Assembly: GCA_950097015.1 (NCBI GenBank)
Contig: CATNEN010000025.1
Location: 1,674,001 to 1,738,000 of the forward strand
Source of the DNA: Macrostomum hystrix
Lineage: Eukaryota; Animalia; Platyhelminthes
Length of the DNA: 64,000 nucleotides
Direction of reading: 5' to 3'
Positions 46,554 to 58,350 of the stretch are shown here, piece by piece; position 1 is the first letter of the stretch, and the number at the start of each line of letters is the position of its first letter. The notes under the pieces are model-generated. The model ran no database searches. It had not been told where the DNA came from and saw only the letters and a program-made list of their open reading frames with translations. Both the position numbers and the translations under genes were made by a program.

Positions 46554-47142
46554 AGCTTTCAACGCGGCATTCGTTTAATATCTCCTCATCTGGTCACCAA
46601 GAGATGCTAAGAAATCCCCCCAATGTAACTTGAGACAGCCATGGTCAACACACACACACTCCGCATTGGGATTTGAGTAGTAGGATCAAGCAGCGGCCTA
46701 GTAGAAAATGTGATTCCATAAATTTTCTATAAAAAATGGGGATTTATAGGGATTAATATTATGGGTGGCAATTTTCAAACGCAGGCCAAATCGCTGTTCC
46801 ATTTCGATCCATGAAATAGGACCGTGACAGATGCCAGCTGCAAAACCCTATTCCGATTTTGTGCATTTCTAAAACAGACACGGCGTTAAATCTGAATTAT
46901 GTCAATGTTATCCCAAGTGCAACGTTAAAAAATTGGATTCGAAAAATCTATTTTACAATTGAAATAAAAATTCAGAATTTAAAATGGGCCATACAATTTG
47001 TTGAGCCAAATCTGGGCAATAAAACTCAGAATTTGCGAGGAAGACAAGTATGAAAATCAATCTCAAAGAATAAAAAACTATAACCCATGTGATGTTTTTA
47101 TAATTCTCTTAAGTCCTAAGCTCGATACGCGAAAAACGGAAA

Positions 47143-48295
47143 TAAATCTCTCGATTTCCCAATCTCTCTCTAGATTTCCCAATCTCTCTCTAGATTTCCC
47201 ATTCTCTCTCTAGATTTCCCAATCTCTCTCTAGATTTCCCAATCTCTCTCTAGATTTCCCATTCTCTCTCTAGATTTCCAATCTCTCTCTCTAGATTTCC
47301 AATCTCTCTCTAGATTTCCAATCTCTCTCTAGATTTCCAATCTCTCCCTCTAGATTTCCAATCTCTCTCTAGATTTCCAATCTCTCTCTCGATCTCCTAA
47401 TCTCTCTTTTGATTTCCCAATCTCTCTCTCGATCTCCCAATCTCTCTCTAGATTTCCAATCTCTCTCTCGATCTCCTAATCTCTCTCTAGATTTCCTAAT
47501 CTCTCTCTAGATTTCCAATCTCTCTCTCTAGATTTCTAATCTCTCTCTAGATTTCCCAATCTCTGTCTCTAGATTTCCCAATCTCTCTCTAGATTGCCAA
47601 TCTCTCTCTAGATTGCCAATCTCTCTCTAGATTTCCAATCTCTCTCTAGATTTCCCAATCTCTCTCTAGATTTCCCAATCTCTCTCTAGATTTCCCAATC
47701 TCTGTCTCTAGATTTCCCAATCTCTCTCTAGATTTCCCATTCTCTCTCTAGATTTCCTAATCTCTCTCTAGATTTCCAATCTCTCCCTCTAGATTTCCAA
47801 TCTCCCTCTAGATTTCCAATCTCTCCCTCTAGATTTCCAATCTCCCTCTAGATTTCCAATCTCTCCCTCTAGATTTCCAATCTCTCTCTAGATTTCCAAT
47901 CTCTCCCTCTAGATTTCCAATCTCTCTCTCTAGATTTCCAATCTCTCTCTAGATTGCCAATCTCTCTCTAGATTTCCAATCTCTCTCTAAATTTCCCAAT
48001 CTCTCTCTAGATTTCCAATCTCTGTCTAGATTTCCCAATCTCTGTCTCTAGATTTCCCAATCTCTCTCTAGATTGCCAATCTCTCTCTAGATTTCCAATC
48101 TCTCTCTAGATTTCCCATTCTCTCTCTAGATTTCCAATCTCTCTCTAGATTTCCCAATCTCTCTCTAGATTTCCAATCTCTCTCTAGATTTCCCAATCTC
48201 TCTCTAGATTTCCAATCTCTCTCGATCTCCTAATCTCTCTTTTGATTTCCCAATCTCTCTCTCGATCTCCCAATCTCTCTCTCGATTTCCCAATC
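47143..48295. repeat. 19-21-bp minisatellite
   Basis: Unit TCTCTCTCTAGATTTCCCAA with length variants. Confidence 0.95.
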
Positions 48296-48717
48296 CCAGA
48301 TTTAGTTCTCTAATCACTGGAAAACGTAAGAGTATTTATTTCGGTTTTCGTAATTTCTTCTTCATTTTCTCTTTTTGCCCGTCTGAGTAACGCTGTAAAC
48401 TTTGCGACAGTGGGGGGCGGTTCCTGTGGAGACAGGGACGATAAGGAGGTCAGGCAGGGTCAGGGATTCGCCTTGAGGCTGGGCGGGCTGGGCTGCTCAA
48501 GACGTATATTGAGCAAGTAGTCTGATCACAAGCTGAATGAAGAAACTGGCAGATTGTCTTTATCAGAACTATCTTTGCTCTACTTGGTCAGCAACAGGAA
48601 CACGCGTTAAAGAACATTGTGCCTTGAATTGGCTTATAATAGACTCGTAGTCTAAATAATTCAGTCTCACCAAAAAATTTACCGTCTCCTGTTCTCCCAT
48701 TCTGAGCTTGTAAGTAC

Positions 48718-48766
48718 AGTAGTTAGACCTTCGGACTTCCGACCATGAGGTCTGGAGTTCAACTTC
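48718..48766 (+). mobile_element. Isolated tRNA-like SINE head
   Basis: GTAGTTAGACCTTCGGACTTCCGACCATGAGGTCTGGAGTTCAACT resembles the family 1 head with a B-box-like GGAGTTCAAC. No body follows; a 21-bp array begins immediately. Confidence 0.45.
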
Positions 48767-49482
48767 ATCAACTGCTCAATCTCACACTTAAACTGCTCAA
48801 TCTCACACTTAAACTGCTCAATCTCACACTTAAACTGCTCAATCTCACCCATAAACTGCTCAATGTCACCCTTGAACTGCTCAATCTCATACTTAAACTG
48901 CTCAATCTCATACTTAAACTGCTCAATCTCACACTTAAACTGCTCAATCTCACCCATAAACTGCTCAATGTCACCCTTGAACTGCTCAATCTCGCCCTTG
49001 AACTGCTGAATCTCGCCCTTGAACTGCTCAATCTCACCCTTGAACTGCTCAATTTCACCCTTGAACTGCTCAATCTCACCCATGAACTGCTCAATCTCAC
49101 CAATGAACGGCTCAATCTCACCAATGAACTGCTCAATGTCACCCTTGAACTGCTCAATCTCACCCATAAACTGCTCAATGTCACCCTTGAACTGCTCAAT
49201 CTCACACTTAAACTGCTCAATCTCACCATTGAACTGCTCAATCTCGCCCTTGAACTGCTCAATGTCGCCCTTGAACTGCTGAATCTCGCCCTTGAACTTC
49301 TCAATCTCATCCATAAACTGCTCAATCTCGCTCTTAAACTGCTCAATCTTAACCTTGAACTGCTCAATTTCACCATTGAACTGCTCAATTTCACCCTTGA
49401 ACTGCTCAATCTCACCCATGAACTGCTCAATCTCACCAATGAACTGCTCAATCTCACCAATGAACTGCTCAATCTCGCCATT
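48765..49482. repeat. 21-bp minisatellite (reads as heptads on both strands)
   Basis: Unit GAACTGCTCAATCTCACCCTT. Confidence 0.95.
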
Positions 49483-50344
49483 AAATTTCGCGATAAAAGT
49501 TATTCAACCTACAAGCTAAAAGTTTTAAATCGGATAATTTGCTTAACAACTGCACGTAGCTAAAAGTACAGTACCTAAAATATATCCTATCTATATCAGC
49601 GGACTTCACTCCTCCTACCAGTTTACTTCATTGTCAACCTCATGAATTAGCCAACTAAATTAGCCAATCTAGTTAATAATTTACAACTACAAGAGGGAGT
49701 CATTTATACCCTCCCCAACCTGTCCGAAATACCCCAACAATAATAATCAAGGGGAAAGCCATTTATAAAGGGAGTTTTAGAATAAAATAAGCTCTTCACA
49801 ATGTTTAAAAACACACGGATGCGCGCCACTATAACACCAGGCAATGCCTTATAGCTACACAATAATTGTTATAAGCTATAGAAAATTGATGAGCATCGAC
49901 ATTGTGCTCAATTCCACTGTAATCTGGCGAGTTGCGTGTTCCCTATAACTGTCTTTTAATCATCCACCACCCCCAGACAAGCTTGTCGCCTGTCTAGTAA
50001 AATAATTTAGAAATGAAATACGTGAGGCAATGACACGCATTCAGAATTGAATGACAGTCAGTATCCATGCGCCCAACACTCCATATATTGGCGGCCAAAA
50101 CTAATGCATAGAACTGAATAGGGCGTGGTTATTTTACCGAAATCTCGAGTGGATCGAAAAAATGTCTTTTTTACCTCAGGGCAGGATTGGGAATGTGTAC
50201 AAACTTCGAGGCAGCAGAATCTTGTCTCTATCAACAGATGCTCAATCACAAACTGCATTATGCTTTCAGTTCAGAATCATGATATGAAAAACTATTGTTA
50301 CATTGTGACACACATCATGACACAGAATAAATACTTGAGACACA

Positions 50345-51902
50345 AAATGATCATGACACTGTAATGACAATGGTCATGACACTGTAATGACAATGATCAT
50401 GACACTGTAATGACAATGATCATGACACTGTAATGACAATGATCATGACACTGTAATGACAATAGTCATGACACTGTAATGACAATGATCATGACACTGT
50501 AATGACAATGATCATGACACTGTAATGACAATGATTATGACACTGTAATGACAATGATCATGACACTGTAATGACAATGGTCATGACACTGTAATGACAA
50601 TGATCATGACACTGTAATGACAATGATCACGACACTGTAATGACAATGATCATGACACTGTAATGACAATGATCATGACACTGTAATGACAATGGTCATG
50701 ACACTGTAATGACAACGATCATGACACTGTAATGACAATGGTCATGACACTGTAATGACAATGGTCATGACACTGTAATGACAATGGTCATGACACTGTA
50801 ATGACAATGATCATGACACTGTAATGACAATGGTCATGACACTGTAATGACAATGATCATGACACTGTAATGACAATGATCATGACACTGTAATGACAAT
50901 GATCATGACACTGTAATGACAATAGTCATGACACTGTAATGACAATGATCATGACACTGTAATGACAATGATCATGACACTGTAATGACAATGATTATGA
51001 CACTGTAATGACAATGATCATGACACTGTAATGACAATGGTCATGACACTGTAATGACAATGATCATGACACTGTAATGACAATGATCACGACACTGTAA
51101 TGACAATGATCATGACACTGTAATGACAATGATCATGACACTGTAATGACAATGGTCATGACACTGTAATGACAACGATCATGACACTGTAATGACAATG
51201 GTCATGACACTGTAATGACAATGGTCATGACACTGTAATGACAATGGTCATGACACTGTAATGACAATGATCATGACACTGTAATGACAATGGTCATGAC
51301 ACTGTAATGACAATGATCATGACACTGTAATGACAATGGTCATGACACTGTAATGACAATGGTCATGACACTGTAATGACAATAGTCATGACACTGTAAT
51401 GACAATGATCATGACACTGTAATGACAATGATCATGACACTGTAATGACAATGATTATGACACTGTAATGACAATGATCATGACAGTGTAATGACAATGG
51501 TCATGACACTGTAATGACAATGATCATGACACTGTAATGACAATGATCACGACACTGTAATGACAATGATCATGACACTGTAATGACAATGATCATGACA
51601 CTGTAATGACAATGATCATGACACTGTAATGACAACGATCATGACACTGTAATGACAATGGTTATGACACTGTAATGACAATGGTCATGACACTGTAATG
51701 ACAATGGTCATGACACTGTAATGACAATGATCATGACACTGTAATGACAATGGTCATGACACTGTAATGACAATGATCATGACACTGTAATGACAATGGT
51801 CATGACACTGTAATGACAATGGTCATGACACTATAATGACAATGGTCATGACACTACAATGACAATGATCATGACACTATAATGACAATGGTCATGACAC
51901 CA
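50345..51902. repeat. 23-bp minisatellite with a 460-bp higher-order repeat
   Basis: Unit TCATGACACTGTAATGACAATGA; diagnostic variants recur every 460 bp. Confidence 0.97.
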
Positions 51903-53074
51903 ATGAACAATAAATATTTAGCACGGAGAATAAATGGTGTAGTACGGAAAAGGTGAGCAACATATTGATTGCTCTATAAAGATATTTTAACAAACCAGAA
52001 GCGAGGATTACAATGGATATTTTGCTGCTTGGAGTCAACAGTTGGGGAAAAAAAGATAATTTTTAGCGCGATCCATTTTGCCTAACACATTGCAAAACGT
52101 TGGCAGGTTGGGCAAATAGAATTGATGGCCTTGTGTTGGTAAGTGGGTGATTGCATTATACTTTATCAAAAAACATGCAAATTTGCCAAGGAAGTCAGGC
52201 TAAAAGGCGAGCTACTGTACGAAAGGTTGAGAACAAGCTTCACTTTCGTGAAGAAGAGATTATTATAAAAGAAATTTTAGTCGATGAAAGCAAAAAAAAC
52301 GAAAGAGTGAGAGAGATTGACGAAAGGCGAAAGTTAATTAATTAGCGCTCGCCTACGGGTACCAGGTGGGGGACCAACTGGGAAAAGATGGGAAATTATC
52401 CCTTCAACCCCTGCTCAGGAGGGTCAGTTTAGGATGGCCGATCTAGAACGAAGAGAAATTAATTAACTGACTGCCTGGCCCAGCTGTTCAGTTTTTTCCC
52501 CTTTATCCTCTCAAACCCCGGGCCCAGTTCGCAGATTATCAGTCAGCGCAGATTGAAAATCCAGAATTCGCTTTCGTTGCACGGAGGTTAACAGAGCCAG
52601 TGTTGCTTCAGGGAGCGGCTAAAATTTCATTAGGAATTCACAAAAGTGACGAAAAATCTGAGCAGCATATTCTGACAGACTCAGTTGCTGTCTGGGATTT
52701 GGTGGGGTGGCGCAAAGGATTACCCCCAGGGGGGTATGCGGCACTTTTTAATCCCGGAAAAGCAATTGAGCCCATGAATTCCAATGATATCAGCTATTTT
52801 CCCATCGCCACTTGGCCGAAACACTTAGCTAGTCAATATCAATTACAATTTATATCATTTTTTATACAAAGCTAAAATATCAAAGTATCTAAACTATCAG
52901 TGTGTACTTTGATATAATCAGGATCAAATCACTGCAATTTAGTACGAGTAAGTATTCTCAAAACAGGTGGAATTTATAAATGCTTTTCAAGGAAAGCTAA
53001 CTCAACCATGCCTTTGCCACCCAAATGCACTCGACCTTGTGTGTTCCAGGATCATACACCGCCTCCCTGCCATA

Positions 53075-53630
53075 GTCCCCATATCTCACCACCCACCTGA
53101 TTCCCTCCCCATCTCTCACCACCCACCTGATTCCCTCCCCATCTCTCACCACCCACCTGATTCCCTCCCCAACTCTCACCACCCACCTGATTCCCTCCCC
53201 AACTCTCACCATCCACCTGATTCCCTCCCCATCTCTCACCACCCACCTGATTCCCTCCCCATCTCTCACCACCCACCTGATTCCCTCCCCAACTCTCACC
53301 ACCCACCTGATTCCCTCCCCATCTCTCACCACCAACCTGATTCCCTCCCCATCTCTCACCACCCACCTGATTCCCTCCCCATCTCTCACCACCCACCTGA
53401 TTCCCTCCCCATCTCTCACCACCCACCTGATTCCCTCCCCATCTCTCATCACCCACCTGATTCCGTCCCCATCTCTCACCACCCACCTGATTCCCTCCCC
53501 ATCTCTCACCACCCACCTGATTCCGTCCCCATCTCTCACCATCCACCTGATTCCCTCCCCATCTATCACCACCCACCTGATTCCCTCCCCATCTCTCACC
53601 ACCCACCTGATTCCCTCCCCATCTCTCCCC
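53075..53630. repeat. 30-bp minisatellite
   Basis: Unit CACCTGATTCCCTCCCCATCTCTCACCACC. Confidence 0.96.
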
Positions 53631-54331
53631 ACCTCCCCCTCCCCAAGATCGCATGCGGAAAAAGTTTATATCCGAGAGTGAAAAGAGTGCAATGGAGTGA
53701 GACATATTGCGGGCTGTCTGTCGCGCTGCACATGTTTTCAAACAAGGAGAGGAAAAATTATACTTTGACTAAAAATTGCGGTGTCACGATCTTGACCTCC
53801 CAAACACTCGTTTGGAGTGTTCGAGTCGGAGGACTCGTGGAAGTGGGGAGGGTGGAGGGCAAGCGTCCACCTCGTTCCCAGATTTTTTCAATATTCATCT
53901 GTCGTCCAAAAAGCGATGCCTCTATTCTACATCTTTTCAGTTGAGCTTGTTTTCCGAGCAGTTTTTTCAGCCAGTGAGAAAGGGACGAAAGAGTAACCAT
54001 GAGTTTTCTGTCGGTACTTGCTCTCTCACGAATGGGAACTGTTGGGACAGGTGGGAACAGCGCTCCCACAGGTAGGGCAAACAGGCCCTGCCTTCTCCCA
54101 AATGCCGATTGTCGTTCATTGTTTGCAGGAGCGGGATCCGGTGATCCCAAAGCCTAGCTTTGTTCTCTGGCTAGCGACTTTTCCCATTTTTATTTGCTCC
54201 CCAACACCGACTAAAATCCCCTCCGCTTGTTTGCTACAAATCGAAACAGGTATAGTTCAAAAGGGCAGGTGATAAGAACATAGCACAGAAATATCCCAAT
54301 GATTAAGGGTTCCAGTAAGTCGCAAAAATAT

Positions 54332-54872
54332 CCCAATTTTGGATGGGATTCTAGGAGGGCATAGAAATATCCCAAATGAGGATGGGATTCTAGCGTGCTA
54401 CAGATATATCCCAAATGAGGATGGGATTCTAGCGTGCTACAGATATATCCCAAATGAGGATGGGATTCTAGCGTGCTACAGATATATCCCAAATGAGGAT
54501 GGGATTCTAGCGTGCTACAGATATATCCTAAATGAGGATGGAATTCTAGCGTGCTACAGATATATCCCAAATGAGGATGGGATTCTAGCGTGCTACAGAT
54601 ATATCCCAAATGAGGATGGGATTCTAGCGTGCTACAGATATATCCTAAATGAGGATGGGATTCTAGCGTGTTACAGATATATCCCAAATGAGGATGGGAT
54701 TCTAGCGTGCTACAGATATATCCCAAATGAGGATGGGATTCTAGCGTGCTACAGATATATCCCAAATGATGATGGGATTCTAGCGTGCTACAGATATATC
54801 CCAAATGAGGATGCGATTCTAGCGTGCTACAGATATATCCCAAATTATGATGGGATTCTAGCGGATCAAAAG
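54332..54872. repeat. 39-bp minisatellite
   Basis: Unit ATATCCCAAATGAGGATGGGATTCTAGCGTGCTACAGAT. Confidence 0.96.
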
Positions 54873-55774
54873 AAATATCCCATATTGTGAAGGGATTCCT
54901 GTGGGTCTCAGAAATATCCCAAATCTGAAAATCACTTTAAAAAATCCAGAATTTTCCAATTAAGTTAAGCGTGAGGAAGCGAAAAAAAATGAATGTCAAT
55001 TTTATGCACAACAATGTCAGTCGCAAATCTATTTCTAATTTTAAATCGTCAAGGCTGAGTAGTAAAGAGGCCAAAATGATGTAGCGAATTGCCAAAAAAT
55101 CTGTTTAAAGTACAATGCCTTCAGCTCTAACTGTACCTGCATGTTGCGAGTCTAACCAATGCTAGCACTCAAGCGCATCTCAAACTAAAAACTCGTGATT
55201 TAACAATGAGCTCAATACTTAACGCAGATTGGTGAAGAACAGCACTTTCTATTTTCTAATGCTTAAAAAAACCTGCAAAAAATAATTTAACTAAAAAAGT
55301 CAGACGTCTTTATTCAGGTCTTTATATTGGCTTCTGTTTGACTGTAGCCCATAATAGGCATTATCCTGCATGCAGCTCAAACTCACCTGCAAGACAAATA
55401 TTATTTGTTCCCTTTTATTTGCTCCTGTGATAAAACTTGGTGAAAGTGCTCCCATTGTTCCCAAAGCCATTGATGACACGATTAACATTGTCACCCAGCT
55501 TCATCAATCAGAATATTCTCAGGAAGTTTGCCAGGAAAAAATAAACTGCTTTGTTGGAAACAGGAGGCCGTTACATTGTTACGGGGGGCGTTTTGTAATT
55601 GTGTAGGCGTTGAATCTCAAATTCTGTTACGATTTTTTCAAATCAACAAATATTTTTCATTAGAAATATGAGATACAAATGTAAAAATGTGAAAACCTAT
55701 AAGCGGAATGGCTAGGATAGTTATAAATCAATCGAGGAAATAGCTGGCATTCGTATTATCCATTGGTGACTACA

Positions 55775-56049
55775 GGGGAGGTTGTAGCCTTGTGGTTAGA
55801 GCGTCGGACTGACGACTTGAAGGTAGGGGGTTCGATTCCTGACTCTACTGGAACAATTGTGTCCTTTAGCAAGACACTTAACTCTGCATTGCTTCAGTTC
55901 ACCCAGCTGTTAAATGGGTACCAGCATTAGTTGAGGTAATTGAAGTTGGGTGTGGCGTCCCCCCAGTCCATGGACTGAACAGCTGTACGCAGCCTTCAGA
56001 TGCGCCCCAATTGTCCCAATTTGGGGCAGGTGTAAACAATTATTATTAT
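55775..56049 (+). mobile_element. tRNA-derived CORE-type SINE, full length (family 1)
   Basis: A box (TAGCCTTGTGG), B box (GGTTCGATTCC), CORE-like segment TCCTTTAGCAAGACACTTAAC...TTGCTTCAGTTCACCCAGCTGTTAAATGGGTACC, and a (TAT)n tail. Closely matches 35688-35975. Confidence 0.8.
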
Positions 56050-56269
56050 GTATTATCATTGACTACATATAAAGACGTAGTAACCATGGTATTTTGGTAA
56101 CTGAATAATCTGTGAGACCAAATGAATGATCACCGTTATTATATACAGGATTTGGATTAGGACACATAGGATTGCATTTAGTATGAATTTATTATAGGAT
56201 TGGAATAACGATCTATATAGGACTGGGATTCAGACAGAATGGATTGGGATTAGGATCGATCGATTTAGG

Positions 56270-56745
56270 ATTAGGATGGATAGGATTGGGATTATAGTAG
56301 ATAGGTTTGGGATTATGGTAATAGGATTGGGATTGTGATAGATAGGATTGGCATTATGATAGATAGAATGGGGATTATTATAGATAGGATTGAGATTATG
56401 ATATATAGGATTGGGATTATGATAGATAGGTTTGGGATTATGGTAATAGGATTGGGATTGTGATAGATAGGATTGGCATTATGATAGATAGGATTGTGAT
56501 TATGATAGATAGGATTGGGATTATGGTAGAAAGGATTGGGATTTTGATAGATAGGATTGGGATTATGATAGATAGGATTGGGACTCTGATATATAGGATA
56601 GGGATTATGATAGATAGGATTGGGATTATGATAGATAGGATTGGGATTATGATAGATAGGATTGGGACTCTGATATATAGGATAGGGATTATGATAGATA
56701 GGATTGGGATTATGATAGATAGGATTGGGATTATGATTGATAGTG
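56270..56745. repeat. 21-bp minisatellite with a degenerate left edge from about 56145
   Basis: Unit GATAGGATTGGGATTATGATA. Confidence 0.93.
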
Positions 56746-57485
56746 TTGTGATTGGAGTATATAGGATCATGATTTATATTGGGACGATTGGATCAGATAG
56801 AAAAGATAAGATTAGCATTGAGAGGACATGACAAGCATGAAAAAAGCATCAGATTATCAACGCAAAACTTGTTAAACTGGCCTGGATTCTCACAATGTCA
56901 AGTATCTTGACTGTTTAGATTGGTAATTCCCATGACTTTTTTGCTTTGATCATTTGCTTCTGATAAATCTCTGGCAGTTAGCATCTTTGATCACAATTTT
57001 GAGACGTGCCTTGATGCCTCTAAGCGCCCAGTTTGGGAGTGGCCCTTGAGCAGTAAACGGAAACTAACTCAGAAGAGCCCAAAGCTATAAAAAATCTCTT
57101 GCTGTTCAATATTACGTGCACAAAGGCCTTCATGGAACCAATATGGATTGGCTACTGATTTTGTGCATTTTTAAACAGGTAAATTAGTTCAATTGTGCCC
57201 CACCTGGTGCCCATTATGGAGAGAGACAGTTGAATATGGCTAACTTATTGCACTGGTGCAATCTTTTGAAGTTTTGATCTCCCTTTTACTTTGACGACAT
57301 CTGACTTTGAATTAGATCAGCTTCTCAGAATTTGCCGTTTTGAGTTTACCTGCATTCTTCTGTAATTAAAGTAACCCTTATATTGGACTGCGCTGTATGA
57401 GTTACGAATTAGAAAATAGCATCATTTGGGTGCGGCTTTCAACGACTCTGCATTCAAGCTTTCGATGCTTGTGTAGACACCACAG

Positions 57486-58350
57486 AGTTGATTGATGGAT
57501 TGGATGGAGAGTTGATTGATTGGATGGAGAGATGATTGATGGATTGGATAGAGAGTTGATTGATGGATTGGACGGAGAGTTGATTGATGGATTGGATGGA
57601 GAGTTGATTGATGGATTGGATGGAGAGTTGATTGATGGATTGGATAGAGAGTTGATTGATGGATTGGATGGAGAGTTGATTGATGGATTGGATGGAGAGA
57701 TGGTTGATGGATTGGATGGAGAGATGGTTGATGGATTGGATGGAGAGATGGTTGATGGATTGGATGGAGAGTTGATTGATGGATTGGACGGAGAGTTGAT
57801 TGATGGATTGGATGGAGAGTTGATTGATGGATTGGATAGAGAGTTGATTGATGGATTGGACGGAGAGTTGATTGATGGATTGGATGGAGAGTTGATTGAT
57901 GGATTGGATGGAGAGATGGTTGATGGATTGGATGGAGAGATGGTTGATGGATTGGATGGAGAGATGGTTGATGGATTGGATGGAGAGTTGATTGATGGAT
58001 TGGACGGAGAGTTGATTGATGGATTGGATGGAGAGTTGATTGATGGATTGGATAGAGAGTTGATTGATGGATTGGATAGAGAGTTGATTGATGGATTGGA
58101 TAGAGAGTTGATTGATGGATTGGAAAGAAAGTTGATTGATGAATTGGGTGGAGAGTTGATTGATGGATTGGATGGAGAGTTGATTAATGGATTGGATGGA
58201 GAGTTGATTGATGGATTTGATAGAAAGTTGATTGATTGATTGGATGGAGAGTTGATTGATGGATTGGATGGAGAGTTGATTGATGGATTGGATAAAGGTT
58301 TGCTTGATAGATCGGATAGAGAGTTGTTTTGATGGATTGGGTGGAGAGTT
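57486..58350. repeat. 24-bp minisatellite
   Basis: Unit GAGTTGATTGATGGATTGGATGGA. Confidence 0.96.

Noticed and set aside
4093-58239. Long repetitive ORFs in the supplied track (e.g. 4093-7254, 24634-26370, 24661-26340, 39164-40600, 52967-53944, 57520-58239) as genes
   Set aside because: They coincide with minisatellites whose unit lacks a stop in that frame. They have no signal peptide, domain or exon context, and several lie inside clearly defined introns.
677-58350. CRISPR arrays
   Set aside because: Units are head-to-tail with no unique spacers, there are no cas genes, and the DNA is eukaryotic.
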